A DNA stretch of 64,000 nt from Minisyncoccota bacterium (GTDB lineage Bacteria; Patescibacteriota; Minisyncoccia; Phycocordibacterales; GWA1-40-21), in NCBI GenBank assembly GCA_041663045.1, contig JBAZRH010000001.1, forward strand, positions 84,403 through 148,402, in the 5' to 3' direction. Both the position numbers and the translations under genes were made by a program. Shown here one piece after another: positions 21,794 to 31,974 of this stretch (positions are counted from its first letter, which is position 1; each line of letters begins with the position of its first letter). The notes under the pieces were generated by a model, which worked only from the letters and a program-made list of their open reading frames with translations, did not search any database and had not been told where the DNA came from.

Positions 21794-23455
21794 ATGCAGA
21801 AGAAATCCCACAAATATATTTTCGTAACTGGTGGAGTTATGTCCGGAGTTGGTAAAGGGATTACCACCTCATCTATTGGAACCCTTCTTCAAGCGAAGGG
21901 ATTTTCTGTGAACCTTTTGAAAGTGGATCCTTATTTAAATGTTGACGCTGGGACTATGAATCCAACAGAACACGGCGAAGTGTTTGTCTTAAATTCCGGT
22001 CTTGAAACGGACCAAGATATGGGAAATTATGAGCGCTTCCTACATCGCGATCTTACAGGCGATGATTACATAACTTCTGGTATGGTTTATAAACATGTCA
22101 TAGAGGCAGAAAGAGCTTTGAAATACGGAGGACATTGTGTGGAAGCTATACCTCATATTCGTGATGAAATAATTCGCAGATTTGAACATTCGGCGAAGAT
22201 AAATAAATCAGACATCACTGTCGTGGAGATTGGTGGTACTGTCGGTGACTATCAAAATATAATGTTTATAGAAGCAGCGCGTACCATGAAAGTCCGCCAT
22301 CCAAATGATGTGGCTTTTGTAATGGTGAGCTATATGCCAGTACCGGGGAAGCTTGGTGAGATGAAGTCAAAGCCAACTCAAAACGCTATTCGTCAGCTCA
22401 ATTCTTATGGTGTGAATGCAGATATCGTCATAGCAAGGAGCGAAGTGCCGATGGATCATAAAAGAAGGGAAAAGATTGCCGTATCTTGTAGTCTGCCTAC
22501 GGAAAATGTGATTTCCGCACCCGATATAGAAAGCGTTTTTGATGTACCGATGAATTTTGAAAAAGACAATCTTAGCGCAACTCTTTTGAAAGTTTTACAT
22601 TTGCGAAAGAAGAAAAACGAACCCGGACTTCACAAATGGATTGCTTTTGCAAAGAAAGTAAAAGAGGTTAAGGATATGGTGGATATTGCTATCGTTGGAA
22701 AATATTTTAATACAGGAGATTTTGTGCTTACAGATGCTTATGTCTCGGTGCTTGAAGCGATAAAATATTCTGCATATAAACTCGGTAAAAAAGCCAAAAT
22801 TCATACTATAAATGCCCGTGATTATGAAGGTGAACACGCAAAGACTGCAGATTGGAAGGCGCTTTTGAAATACGACGGAATACTTGTACCAGGAGGTTTT
22901 GGCGAGTCTGGAATAGAAGGGAAGCTCGCTGTCATAAAATATGCTCGCGAGAAGAAGATTCCATATTTTGGACTTTGTTATGGTATGCAACTTATGGTTA
23001 TAGAATATGCCAGAAATGTGTTGGGGTTAAAAGATGCAAATACCGCAGAGATAAATCCAAACTCCAGCGCGCTTGTGATAGATGTGATGCCGGATCAGAA
23101 GAAAAAAATCGCGGAAGGAAATTATGGTGGAAGTATGCGACTCGGTGCTTATGATGCGAACCTAGAGAGGGGAACTATCGCTCGTGAAGCTTATGGTAAA
23201 GATGTGATACAAGAAAGGCATAGACATAGATATGAAGTGAACCCTGAATTTATAGAAAAGATTGAAGATGCGGGTATGGTATTTTCCGGCAAATCACCAA
23301 ATGGCGTGCTTATGGAGATAGCCGAGCTCCCACGAAAAGTACACCCATTTTTCCTTGGTACACAATTCCATCCGGAATTTCTTGCAAGACCACTCACACC
23401 GCATCCTTTGTTTACGGAGTTTGTGAAGGTAGCAATAAAAAGAAAAAAGATTTAA
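21794..23455 (+). CDS. pyrG: CTP synthase
   Basis: KYIFVTGGVMSGVGKG, DPYLNVDAGTMNP, GLCYGMQ, ERHRHRYE, QFHPEF. Confidence 0.98.
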   Translation: MQKKSHKYIFVTGGVMSGVGKGITTSSIGTLLQAKGFSVNLLKVDPYLNVDAGTMNPTEHGEVFVLNSGLETDQDMGNYERFLHRDLTGDDYITSGMVYKHVIEAERALKYGGHCVEAIPHIRDEIIRRFEHSAKINKSDITVVEIGGTVGDYQNIMFIEAARTMKVRHPNDVAFVMVSYMPVPGKLGEMKSKPTQNAIRQLNSYGVNADIVIARSEVPMDHKRREKIAVSCSLPTENVISAPDIESVFDVPMNFEKDNLSATLLKVLHLRKKKNEPGLHKWIAFAKKVKEVKDMVDIAIVGKYFNTGDFVLTDAYVSVLEAIKYSAYKLGKKAKIHTINARDYEGEHAKTADWKALLKYDGILVPGGFGESGIEGKLAVIKYAREKKIPYFGLCYGMQLMVIEYARNVLGLKDANTAEINPNSSALVIDVMPDQKKKIAEGNYGGSMRLGAYDANLERGTIAREAYGKDVIQERHRHRYEVNPEFIEKIEDAGMVFSGKSPNGVLMEIAELPRKVHPFFLGTQFHPEFLARPLTPHPLFTEFVKVAIKRKKI

Positions 23456-23469
23456 AGATTGAGATAAAA

Positions 23470-23498
23470 AGAGGTGCGGGACGAAGTCTCGCACCTCT
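23470..23498 (+). terminator. Hairpin after pyrG
   Basis: AGAGGTGCGGGAC-GAA-GTCTCGCACCTCT. Confidence 0.65.
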
Positions 23499-23579
23499 CT
23501 ATTGATGTGCTTGTTGTTTTGGTGTAGTATCAATATTAGGAAGTAGGCAAATCACAAATCTTTAAAAAAGGAGGAAATT

Positions 23580-23951
23580 GTGGAGAAACCAAAAGTATTG
23601 ATTGTAGAATTGGTACCAATGTTTTCTGCGATGTATGCCAACTTGCTCGCTAAGGTTGGTATCAAAGTCTTGACGGCAGACAATCTTGTCGATGCGGAAT
23701 TCTTATTCAACGGGCATAGAGAGTCCTTGAGACTCGTCTCTGTCGATGGGGATTGCCTCGGCGTCGATATGACAGTCTTTGTACAGAAGATGAGAAATTC
23801 TGGCTTCAATGGTCCAAAAGATTACATTGTCGCCAATACCGACAATGTAGCATATCGTGATATATTGATGAGAGTCGGATGTTCGCACTACTGTGATAAG
23901 TCTAATGTTCTGACACTTATCAAAAGACTCGTGGACTTCGCTCCATCCTGA
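23580..23951 (+). CDS. Stand-alone divergent response-regulator receiver-like protein
   Basis: KVLIVE, LVSVDGD (candidate phospho-Asp), IVANT, YCDK pattern; GGAGG SD before GTG; own terminator CCCGCGC...GCGCGGG-TCTTTT at about 23970-24003. Confidence 0.65.
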   Translation: MEKPKVLIVELVPMFSAMYANLLAKVGIKVLTADNLVDAEFLFNGHRESLRLVSVDGDCLGVDMTVFVQKMRNSGFNGPKDYIVANTDNVAYRDILMRVGCSHYCDKSNVLTLIKRLVDFAPS

Positions 23952-24001
23952 AATCGGTTACCCAAACACCCGCGCAATCCAAAAGGAAAGCGCGGGTCTT
24001 T

Positions 24002-24754
24002 TTATTCCAATTCTATTTTTATATCTCCGAAATATACAAATTCGTCTTTTTTAGGAGCCCAAGTCGCATCATTACCACCAAAGAATGTCGTGAACATAAA
24101 TGAATCTATTCCATAACTCATACCTTTAGCCCTGAAAGTTCCTGTAGTCGAGAGAGCCAATTTCCCATCAAACCGACATGTGATATTCCCATCATTTTCT
24201 CCAGGAGTATTCATTACAATTCTTGTAGTAAGTGTATGCCATTTCCCCGGTATAAACCTAAAAGGTCTCATATCTCCGTCCAAATCAATCCAAGGTAAAT
24301 CATCCCCCCAATTTTTCTTTTCATCTTTTTCCATCCAATACATATATTGGAAAATTTCCCCATTTTCTCTCCACATTACCCTCGCAGTAAAACCATCTCC
24401 GAGATTCGACTTATCGCCACCCCTTGGGGCTGTGCCACCATAAAATCCAGGTAATTTTCCACCCCTTACAAAATCAAATCCTTCCGGAAACATAACCTTA
24501 TATGTAACAGTTGCAGATTCTACAGGCTTATCAAATCTTAAACGCCACCTCGTCTTTTCTTCTTGTATTATTTCTTTTTGATACTTTATCTGTAAAACTT
24601 TTCTGTCATTATTAAGAGGATCTTTTACAATACTACAAAGACCCTCTTTTACACCTACAATTTTAGGAGGATTATTGAAAAGTCTATTTATTATCTTTTC
24701 ATCAATCAATCCGACAATTTCTTTATCAAAAGTAATTTCTATTATTTTAGGCAT
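24002..24754 (-). CDS. Polysaccharide lyase family 14-like protein
   Basis: FDFVRGGKLPGFYGG, ARVMWR, TFFGGND...WAP motifs. Confidence 0.75.
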   Translation of the reverse strand: MPKIIEITFDKEIVGLIDEKIINRLFNNPPKIVGVKEGLCSIVKDPLNNDRKVLQIKYQKEIIQEEKTRWRLRFDKPVESATVTYKVMFPEGFDFVRGGKLPGFYGGTAPRGGDKSNLGDGFTARVMWRENGEIFQYMYWMEKDEKKNWGDDLPWIDLDGDMRPFRFIPGKWHTLTTRIVMNTPGENDGNITCRFDGKLALSTTGTFRAKGMSYGIDSFMFTTFFGGNDATWAPKKDEFVYFGDIKIELE

Positions 24755-24755
24755 G

Positions 24756-25388
24756 TTACCCTCTATTTTTTAAAGCGTTTTTAATAGTCTCTGGGTCGGA
24801 GTATTCAAGCTCTGTGCCAGTAGAAAGTCCGCGACCAAGCTCGGAAATCTTTATATTATATTTCTCGGCGAGCGGGGAGAGGGCTTTTTTCATGATTTCT
24901 GCGGTATATTCTCCTTCGGAGTTGGCATCTAAACCAATAATTATTTCTTTTAGGCCTTTATCGGCATTTCTGCTTACAAGCGAAATCATTTCATTTAATC
25001 TTATCCTTTGTTCCGGATTTTTATCGAGAATCGGTACAAGCCCTCCAAGGACAAAATATTTTCCACTAAAAAATCTGCTTTTTTCTATATTTTCCAAATC
25101 TATATCTCGGCTGACTATCATAAGAGAGCTTGCATCACGGGTAGTATCAGCACAAATATTGCAAAGTTTTTTCAGATCAGCGTTTTTTACCTGTCCGGTC
25201 AGGATAAAATATTTTTTACAATCAGCACAAGTTTCTATTTCACCACGCAGATTAGTGATCTCTTTTCTAAATTCGTCCACATAGCTTGGATTTCTTGTAA
25301 TTAAAAAATACACGAATCTCCTCGCTTGTTTTGGCCCGATACCAGGGAATTCAGAAAATATTTTTGTTAATCTTTCTATGGAGTTCAT
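24756..25388 (-). CDS. recR: Recombination mediator RecR
   Basis: FPGIGPKQARR HhH, CxxC...CxxC, YFVLGG, GLSTGTELEYSD; start trimmed to MNSIE. Confidence 0.95.
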   Translation of the reverse strand: MNSIERLTKIFSEFPGIGPKQARRFVYFLITRNPSYVDEFRKEITNLRGEIETCADCKKYFILTGQVKNADLKKLCNICADTTRDASSLMIVSRDIDLENIEKSRFFSGKYFVLGGLVPILDKNPEQRIRLNEMISLVSRNADKGLKEIIIGLDANSEGEYTAEIMKKALSPLAEKYNIKISELGRGLSTGTELEYSDPETIKNALKNRG

Positions 25389-25398
25389 AAGTTTGCCT

Positions 25399-26772
25399 TT
25401 ATTGCATGGATGCTCCAAAGTCTCCAAAGTCGCTTTTGTCTACAGGTAAGAAAGAAGACTTGTCAGCGTCAAAATATAGATCAACTTTTCCTGTTGGACC
25501 ATTTCTGTGTTTTTCTATGAGAATTTCTGCTGTTTGTTTTCTACCACCACCCTCATCATTTATCTCTCGGTGAATAAACATGACAACATCGGCATCTTGT
25601 TCAATAGAACCTGAATCTCTTAAGTCTGAAAGCCTTGGTTTGCCACCTCTTTGTTCCACAGCTCTCGAAAGCTGTGAAAGAGCAAGGACAGGGATATCAA
25701 ACTCTTTTGCGAGTTGTTTGAGAGAGCGCGAAATTTCAGTAATTTGTTGAACTAAATTGTCATTGTTCTTAGTTTGAACAGGGGACATAAGCTGAAGATA
25801 ATCTATAACAACAAGACCAAGCTTTTTCTCATGTTTAAGACGTCTTACAATAGAGCGAATTTTCAAAATATTGTTTGCAGCTTGGTCGTCCACGTAAATT
25901 GGTGCTTTTGAAAGGGGTTCAAGTGAAGAGCGGATTTTTTCAAACTCGCTATCAAGAGAAAGATTACCCGTGCGGAGTTTCCATGCATCTACACGTGATT
26001 CTGCGGCAAGCATTCTGTCTACGAGTTGTTGAGTACTCATCTCAAGTGAAAAGACTGCTGTTGGTATGCCGTACCTGATCGCCGCGTTTCGCACTATATC
26101 CATCGCAAGAGAAGTCTTACCCATGGAAGGTCTTGCAGCAAGAATAATAAGATCCGAATTTTGTAGTCCAGAAAGTTTGGCATCCAAATCTTTGAAACCG
26201 GTCGGTACTCCACGAAGTTCACCCTTTGTCTTATGAAGGCGATCAAGTCTTTCCATTGCTTTTCCAAGCTCATCTTTTAATTCTATAAAATTACCAGAAA
26301 GGTTTGTGCTCGTAACTTCGTACATTTTCTTTTCGGCCTTATCTAAGAGTTCTTCAAGTTCAAATGCTTCATCATAACCGAGATTGCCGATATGCTCACC
26401 GGCTTCTATCAGGCGTCGCATAGTGTGCTTTTTCTGGACTATTTGCCCATAGTGTTCGGCGTTGGTGGAAGAGGGGACGACACTTGTAAGCTCGGTGAGA
26501 TAACTCATACCACCGACTCTATCAAGCTCACCATTTTCTTTTAGTTTGGAAGAGAGTGTAAGAAGGTCTATTGGTTCTCTCTTATGATACAGATCCATCA
26601 TCGCTCTGAAAATGATTTTGTGTTTTTCAACATAAAAAGCTTCTGGATGAACAAGGTCCATAATTTCAGGTAGCTTGTCTTGGCTCAACATAAGAGAACC
26701 GAGAAGTGCCCTCTCGGAGTCTATGTTTTGTGGCGGAATTCTGATATTTATTTTTTTTGCTTCATTTGCCAT
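25399..26772 (-). CDS. dnaB: Replicative DNA helicase
   Basis: AARPSMGKT, FSLEMS, IDYLQL, LSQLSR, SDLRDSGSIEQDAD, KHRNGPTG. Confidence 0.98.
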   Translation of the reverse strand: MANEAKKINIRIPPQNIDSERALLGSLMLSQDKLPEIMDLVHPEAFYVEKHKIIFRAMMDLYHKREPIDLLTLSSKLKENGELDRVGGMSYLTELTSVVPSSTNAEHYGQIVQKKHTMRRLIEAGEHIGNLGYDEAFELEELLDKAEKKMYEVTSTNLSGNFIELKDELGKAMERLDRLHKTKGELRGVPTGFKDLDAKLSGLQNSDLIILAARPSMGKTSLAMDIVRNAAIRYGIPTAVFSLEMSTQQLVDRMLAAESRVDAWKLRTGNLSLDSEFEKIRSSLEPLSKAPIYVDDQAANNILKIRSIVRRLKHEKKLGLVVIDYLQLMSPVQTKNNDNLVQQITEISRSLKQLAKEFDIPVLALSQLSRAVEQRGGKPRLSDLRDSGSIEQDADVVMFIHREINDEGGGRKQTAEILIEKHRNGPTGKVDLYFDADKSSFLPVDKSDFGDFGASMQ

Positions 26773-26899
26773 TGAAACAATTTTATCACGCCCTCTTGAA
26801 AAACTGCAATCAAAAAAGAGAATAAAATGTGAGTAATATGTGGAGAATAAAAATGGCCGGATCTACTCACATGAGCAAATCCGGCCAACCAAAATCGAT

Positions 26900-27070
26900 T
26901 CAAAATCTAAAAGAGAAGCCGACAAAGATCGTGGAATCGTGACTTTTATGATAGTTTGAAAGATCCAAACCATAGTCGCTTGCATATCCTGCAAGTTCTG
27001 AGGCCAAATATCGTCCGGGGAGGATGATAAGACCAAAAACGATCAGCAAAGTTTGTGCAAACTTTTTCAA
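26900..27070 (-). CDS. 56-aa orphan peptide with signal-like N-terminus (not in ORF track)
   Basis: AAAGGA SD then TTG: MKKFAQTLLIVFGLIILPGRYLASELAGYASDYGLDLSNYHKSHDSTIFVGFSFRF*; followed by GGCCGGAT...ATCCGGCC hairpin (about 26855-26886) with T tract. Confidence 0.6.
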   Translation of the reverse strand: MKKFAQTLLIVFGLIILPGRYLASELAGYASDYGLDLSNYHKSHDSTIFVGFSFRF

Positions 27071-27133
27071 AATTAGTCCTTTCTAGACTGGGTTCATATC
27101 CAATATATTTATAGCATTTTTAAGGAAGAGGGT

Positions 27134-28585
27134 CTATATTTTGGTGATTTCTTGACCTTCAGATGTATCTTTTACAGTATAACCAAGAGTGAATATTTTA
27201 TCTCTAAGCTCATCTGATTTTTTCCATTCCTTATTTTCTCTCGCAACACTTCTTTCGTCTAATATTTCCTGTATCTCAATTGGCATCTTTTCTATAGTAT
27301 TTGAATTTATTGTTATATCTTTCAAATTCAGTCCAAGTACATTATCAAAATCTAGAATAGTAGCGAGTTTGTCTTCATCGGAGAAGTTTGATCTTAAGAC
27401 TTCACTTAAAATTGCAAGAGCCTGTGGAGTATTAAAATCATCACTAATCTTTTCTGTAAAGTCTTTTTTATATTTCCTATCTATTTTGCCGACTTTTTTA
27501 CCAAGAGATAAGACTTGCTTTCTTAATCTATCAAGACCACTTTGTGCCGCTGTCAGAGATTCCCAAGTGAAATTTTGTTTGGATCGATAGTGTGCCTGCA
27601 AGAAGAGGAAACGTACAGAGAGCGGATCAAAACCCCTTTCTTTTACATCGGCTAAATTATATGCTGTGCCGTCTGATTTTGCCATTTTACCACCGTTTGT
27701 TATAAGCCATTCATTGTGTAACCAATAATGTACAAAAGGCTTTCCATTTGCAGATTCGCTTTGGGCAATTTCGTTTGTATGATGCACTGGTATGTGTTCT
27801 ATACCCCCCATATGTATATCAATAGTATCTCCGAGGAGTTTCTTTGACATTGAAGAACACTCAATATGCCAGCCAGGAAAGCCGTTGCCATTTTCTACAA
27901 GAGCCGACTTAAATGGAGACGGCCAATATTGTATTGCGTTTTTATGTGTGCCTGCGCGGAAAAACCACAAAGCAAAATCTACATGATTTCTCTTTTGCTT
28001 GTCTTCCACATCAGCATGTCCACTGCCGGCCCTATTTTCTTCAAGGTTTTGTCTTGATAGGCGAGTATAATCTTTTGCTTTTGTTACATCGAAATATATG
28101 GCGAGATCTGTGGAATATGCGAAGCCTTTTTTCAACAAAGTCTCGATCATCTGTATGATTTCTTTTATATAGTCAGTTGCACGTGGAGTAAAATCTGGTA
28201 GTGGGATGTTTAAATCTTTAATGTCGTTTTCAAAGATTTCAATATATTTGTCGGCGATTTGTCTGGGGCTTAAACCTTCTCTTTTTACCCCCTTTTCCAT
28301 TTTGTCTTCACCAGAATCACCATCAGAAACAAGGTGACCAACATCGGTATAGTTCCTGACAAACTTTACTTTGTATCCGAGATACACAAATGTCTTACGT
28401 ATGAAATCAGACAAAGTAGCTGCACGGAGATTACCCAAGTGTTGTGTCCAGTATACTGTTGGCCCGCATTGATAGAAACTTACATGACATTTCTTAATCG
28501 ACTTAAATAACTCCTTTTGTTTGGAAAGAGTATTAAAGAGATATATAGGTTTTTCTTCTTTCTTTCTGAAAAAATCTAAGATCAT
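27134..28585 (-). CDS. cysS: Cysteine--tRNA ligase
   Basis: YQCGPTVY, HLGN, GFPGWHIECS, HHTNEIAQSE, KMAKS; start trimmed to MILDF. Confidence 0.97.
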   Translation of the reverse strand: MILDFFRKKEEKPIYLFNTLSKQKELFKSIKKCHVSFYQCGPTVYWTQHLGNLRAATLSDFIRKTFVYLGYKVKFVRNYTDVGHLVSDGDSGEDKMEKGVKREGLSPRQIADKYIEIFENDIKDLNIPLPDFTPRATDYIKEIIQMIETLLKKGFAYSTDLAIYFDVTKAKDYTRLSRQNLEENRAGSGHADVEDKQKRNHVDFALWFFRAGTHKNAIQYWPSPFKSALVENGNGFPGWHIECSSMSKKLLGDTIDIHMGGIEHIPVHHTNEIAQSESANGKPFVHYWLHNEWLITNGGKMAKSDGTAYNLADVKERGFDPLSVRFLFLQAHYRSKQNFTWESLTAAQSGLDRLRKQVLSLGKKVGKIDRKYKKDFTEKISDDFNTPQALAILSEVLRSNFSDEDKLATILDFDNVLGLNLKDITINSNTIEKMPIEIQEILDERSVARENKEWKKSDELRDKIFTLGYTVKDTSEGQEITKI

Positions 28586-28586
28586 T

Positions 28587-29504
28587 TTAAAGCCATTTCT
28601 TAAATCTTGCGAGGACAAGTAAAACGACAACAGCAATTACTTCTGTGGAAACTATTATTGGCCAATCGTGTGTATAACCAATAAACGGGGTATTTATGGT
28701 ATTCATCTGGAAGAATCCCGTAATAACAGTAAAAGGAAGAGCCAAGAAAGTAAGTATGGTTAAAGTCTTCATGATTTGATTCTGCTTTGTATTTAAAAGA
28801 GAATCGTTTGTATCACGGAGTTCTTTTAAGAAATCTACGCTATTTTCCATGACATCATGTATCCTATAGTATTCATTGAGGAGTTTATCACAATTATCTG
28901 CAAATTCTTCGCCGAAGAACTTCAATGTAAGTCCTGGCAAAGTCTCGAATATCTCTTTGTGAGAATTTACAGTATGATTTAAGTGTAATAGATCTCTATT
29001 CAGATTTGAAATAGACCAGACCATTTCTTTCTCTTTTCCTCTAAAGACTGATTTTTCAACTCTTTCAAGGGAATCATTTAGAGAGTCAACCTCATCAGAG
29101 ATTGCTTTGTATAATTCTTTTATAATATAGTAGAAGACATATCCAGCGTGATCAGTCATTTTTTCTTTGTGCAAGATTGAATTGACCTCAAATGTTTTTT
29201 GGAATCTTTCAAGGGCGTCGATGGACTCATATCTCGTCGTTATTATAAAATCTTTACCGACTATAAAATCCACCTCCTGATCTTTTGCATCACCATCTGC
29301 CCCTCGTCTTAAGATGGGGAAGTGCATAACAAGATAGAGATAGTTTTTGTGCATAGCTATCTTTTCTTTGTATGTTGGAAGTTGGAGATCTTTGGCTACC
29401 GATGTGTTTACCGAAAATTCCTCTACGAGATCTCGTACATCTTCTGTAGTAGGATTCTCTACATCTACCCAAGTGACGGACTTATATGTATATTTTTTGA
29501 TCAT
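28587..29504 (-). CDS. corA: CorA-family Mg/Co transporter
   Basis: TWVDVENPT, NQIMKTLT, two C-terminal TMs, GFFQMN (variant of GMN). Confidence 0.88.
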   Translation of the reverse strand: MIKKYTYKSVTWVDVENPTTEDVRDLVEEFSVNTSVAKDLQLPTYKEKIAMHKNYLYLVMHFPILRRGADGDAKDQEVDFIVGKDFIITTRYESIDALERFQKTFEVNSILHKEKMTDHAGYVFYYIIKELYKAISDEVDSLNDSLERVEKSVFRGKEKEMVWSISNLNRDLLHLNHTVNSHKEIFETLPGLTLKFFGEEFADNCDKLLNEYYRIHDVMENSVDFLKELRDTNDSLLNTKQNQIMKTLTILTFLALPFTVITGFFQMNTINTPFIGYTHDWPIIVSTEVIAVVVLLVLARFKKWL

Positions 29505-29607
29505 ATAATTTTATATTACTTCCTGAAATTATACCTTTTTAATTATTTTGTAACAAGTTAATAAGAAATTGACCAAGTGGATTAATTTTGAGATACTTAT
29601 GTGAAAT

Positions 29608-30837
29608 ATGGAAAATAATTTCAAATTGAGCAAGTTTGTTTTGGTTCTTGGTGTAATCCTTGCACTAGTCTTTGGAGTAGGTGCTTATGTTGGGGTCAGA
29701 TTCTCAGACTCTTCCATACAGAAGATTGTCTTTGTTGATAATTCTAAAATAGATAATACCTCATCTTCTACCATTGACATGACACCTTTTTGGGAAGTCT
29801 GGAAGGATCTAGAAACCAGATTCGTACCGACAGTTAAAAGTTCAAAAGTCATAAATAATCAAGAAAAAATCTGGGGAGCGATACAGGGTCTAACTACCGC
29901 ATACGGAGATCCTTATACGATTTTTATGCCACCAGAAGATAGCACGGCATTTGAAAGTGATATTAGTGGAAATTTCGAGGGAGTTGGAATGGAAATCGGT
30001 ATCAAAGAGAATAGTTTAATAGTTGTCTCTCCCCTGAAAGCCACCCCTGCATACAATGCTGGTATAAAGAGTGGAGATCAAATACTTACTATAGATGGTA
30101 AATCCACAGAAGGTATATCTGTGGATAAAGCCGTAAAGCTTATTAGAGGAAAGGCAGGTACACAGGTCGTTTTAAAAATAGCCAGGGAAGGTAAAAAAGA
30201 TTCCTTTGAGGTAAAAATCACCAGGGGGATTATAAATGTTCCTACTCTAGACACGGAGATAAAGGGAGATGTTTTTGTGATTAAACTTTATAATTTTTAT
30301 GCACCAGCCGCAGGCGCTTTCAGATCTGCTCTTAGGGAATTTATTGATTCAGGCAAATACAAACTTACTCTTGATCTTCGAGGTAATCCTGGAGGATATT
30401 TAGAGTCTGCCGTAGATATGGCGAGCTGGTTTTTGCCTATGGGTAAGGTGGTTGTAAGTGAAGATTTTGGTATGAAAGGAGGAAAAATATATAGAAGCAA
30501 AGGATACGATGTATTTACAGATCAACTCAAAATGGTAATTTTAGTAGATGGTGGTTCAGCCTCAGCCTCGGAGATTCTTGCCGGAGCTTTACAAGAACAC
30601 GGAGTTGCAAAGCTTGTTGGTGCGAAGACTTTTGGTAAAGGCTCGGTACAAGAACTTATAAAGATAACCCCAGAGACATCACTAAAAATGACCATTGCAA
30701 AATGGCTTACACCAAATGGAAATTCGATTTCAGAGAAAGGGATTACCCCTGATTATGAAGTAAAAATATCCGATGCTGATGCAAAGGCCGGGGTGGATTC
30801 GCAATTTGAAAAAGCGGTGGAGGTGTTATCAAAATAA
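29608..30837 (+). CDS. Carboxyl-terminal protease, S41 family with PDZ
   Basis: DPYT, GVGMEI, DLRGNPGG, SASASEI, TFGKGSVQ. Confidence 0.95.
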   Translation: MENNFKLSKFVLVLGVILALVFGVGAYVGVRFSDSSIQKIVFVDNSKIDNTSSSTIDMTPFWEVWKDLETRFVPTVKSSKVINNQEKIWGAIQGLTTAYGDPYTIFMPPEDSTAFESDISGNFEGVGMEIGIKENSLIVVSPLKATPAYNAGIKSGDQILTIDGKSTEGISVDKAVKLIRGKAGTQVVLKIAREGKKDSFEVKITRGIINVPTLDTEIKGDVFVIKLYNFYAPAAGAFRSALREFIDSGKYKLTLDLRGNPGGYLESAVDMASWFLPMGKVVVSEDFGMKGGKIYRSKGYDVFTDQLKMVILVDGGSASASEILAGALQEHGVAKLVGAKTFGKGSVQELIKITPETSLKMTIAKWLTPNGNSISEKGITPDYEVKISDADAKAGVDSQFEKAVEVLSK

Positions 30838-30917
30838 AAAATAAAGACGGAAACCCAGCCTTTGCATATGTACCTGTTTTGTATTAGTATGAACATATAT
30901 AAATTAATAAATATTTT

Positions 30918-31367
30918 ATGAAAATCATACTTATAAAAGATGTAAAGAAGGTTGGGAGGAAATTTGAGATAAAAGATGTGGCGGATGGCTTTGCTATAAA
31001 CTCGCTTATACCGTCTGGCTCAGCTTTGCCAGCGACAGAAGGGAATATCAGAAGTGTTGAATCGAGGAAAGTAAAAGACACTCTTTCTAAAGAGGAATTT
31101 GAAAAAGGATTGGAATCTGCTGTGGCAAAACTGAAAGATGGAAAGCTGTTAATTCTCGGAAAAGTAAATGACAAAGGCCATTTATTTGCTGGAATTCACA
31201 AAGAGCAGATTATAGAAGAATTTAAAAAGCAGACAGGCACCGAGCTTCCTCTCGATATTTTTGAGCTTGAAAAGCCGATAAAGGAAGTGGGGGAGCAGAC
31301 TGTGAATCTAAAGGTGAATGGGAAGAGTTTTGAGATAAAGCTTTTGATAAAGGCAGAAAGTATTTAA
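30918..31367 (+). CDS. rplI: 50S ribosomal protein bL9
   Basis: MKIILIKDVKKVG...VADGFAINSLIP, GHLFAGI, PIKEVG. Confidence 0.93.
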   Translation: MKIILIKDVKKVGRKFEIKDVADGFAINSLIPSGSALPATEGNIRSVESRKVKDTLSKEEFEKGLESAVAKLKDGKLLILGKVNDKGHLFAGIHKEQIIEEFKKQTGTELPLDIFELEKPIKEVGEQTVNLKVNGKSFEIKLLIKAESI

Positions 31368-31605
31368 GACTAACGAAATTTTTGCACGGGGTCCTGTCAA
31401 CCTATTCATTTTGAAATGCACGGATATTTTCTTGCTAAAAAATTCCTCGTTCCTTACAGGAACTGTACACCTTTCACATTTTGAGTACAAAACGTTCAAG
31501 GTCTTTCATTTGGGTCCCAACCCAAATTTCAACTCGCGCCAGTCGCGCTCCCAAGGCATTTCAAAATGAACAGGTTGCCACCCCTACACAAAAACTTCGT
31601 TAGTT
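31368..31605 (-). repeat. Structured intergenic repeat, copy C (long form, about 50-bp imperfect terminal inverted repeats)
   Basis: Arms 31369-31419 and 31556-31604; core shared with 42381-42487 and 59882-59976. Confidence 0.85.
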
Positions 31606-31632
31606 AAAAAAACCACCTTGCGGTGGTTTTTT
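31606..31632 (-). terminator. rpmA terminator (possibly bidirectional)
   Basis: AAAAAAACCACC-TTGC-GGTGGTTTTTT. Confidence 0.8.
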
Positions 31633-31635
31633 GAT

Positions 31636-31914
31636 TTAGGCTAATTTTACATTTACGAGGTTTCTTCTAGTGATAGTAGAATCAAAATTGTTTTTTCTCT
31701 TTGTGGTGTATTCTACAATGCCGTCCTTGAGAGCAAATAAAGTGTGATCTTTACCGACACCGACATTCTTTCCGGCGATAGTGTTTCTACCTTTTTGTCT
31801 CAAGATTATCTGACCGATTTTGGCGATTTCTCCATGGTTAATCTTCACGCCTAAATATCGTGGATTTGAATCTCGCCCATTTCTTGTTGAACCTTCTGCT
31901 TTACGATGTGCCAT
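31636..31914 (-). CDS. rpmA: 50S ribosomal protein bL27
   Basis: [33 protein letters not shown]. Confidence 0.97.
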   Translation of the reverse strand: MAHRKAEGSTRNGRDSNPRYLGVKINHGEIAKIGQIILRQKGRNTIAGKNVGVGKDHTLFALKDGIVEYTTKRKNNFDSTITRRNLVNVKLA

Positions 31915-31974
31915 TTTATTTTTTGAAAATTAATATCCACAAAACTGTGTGGATTTGATACAATATCTGTACAA

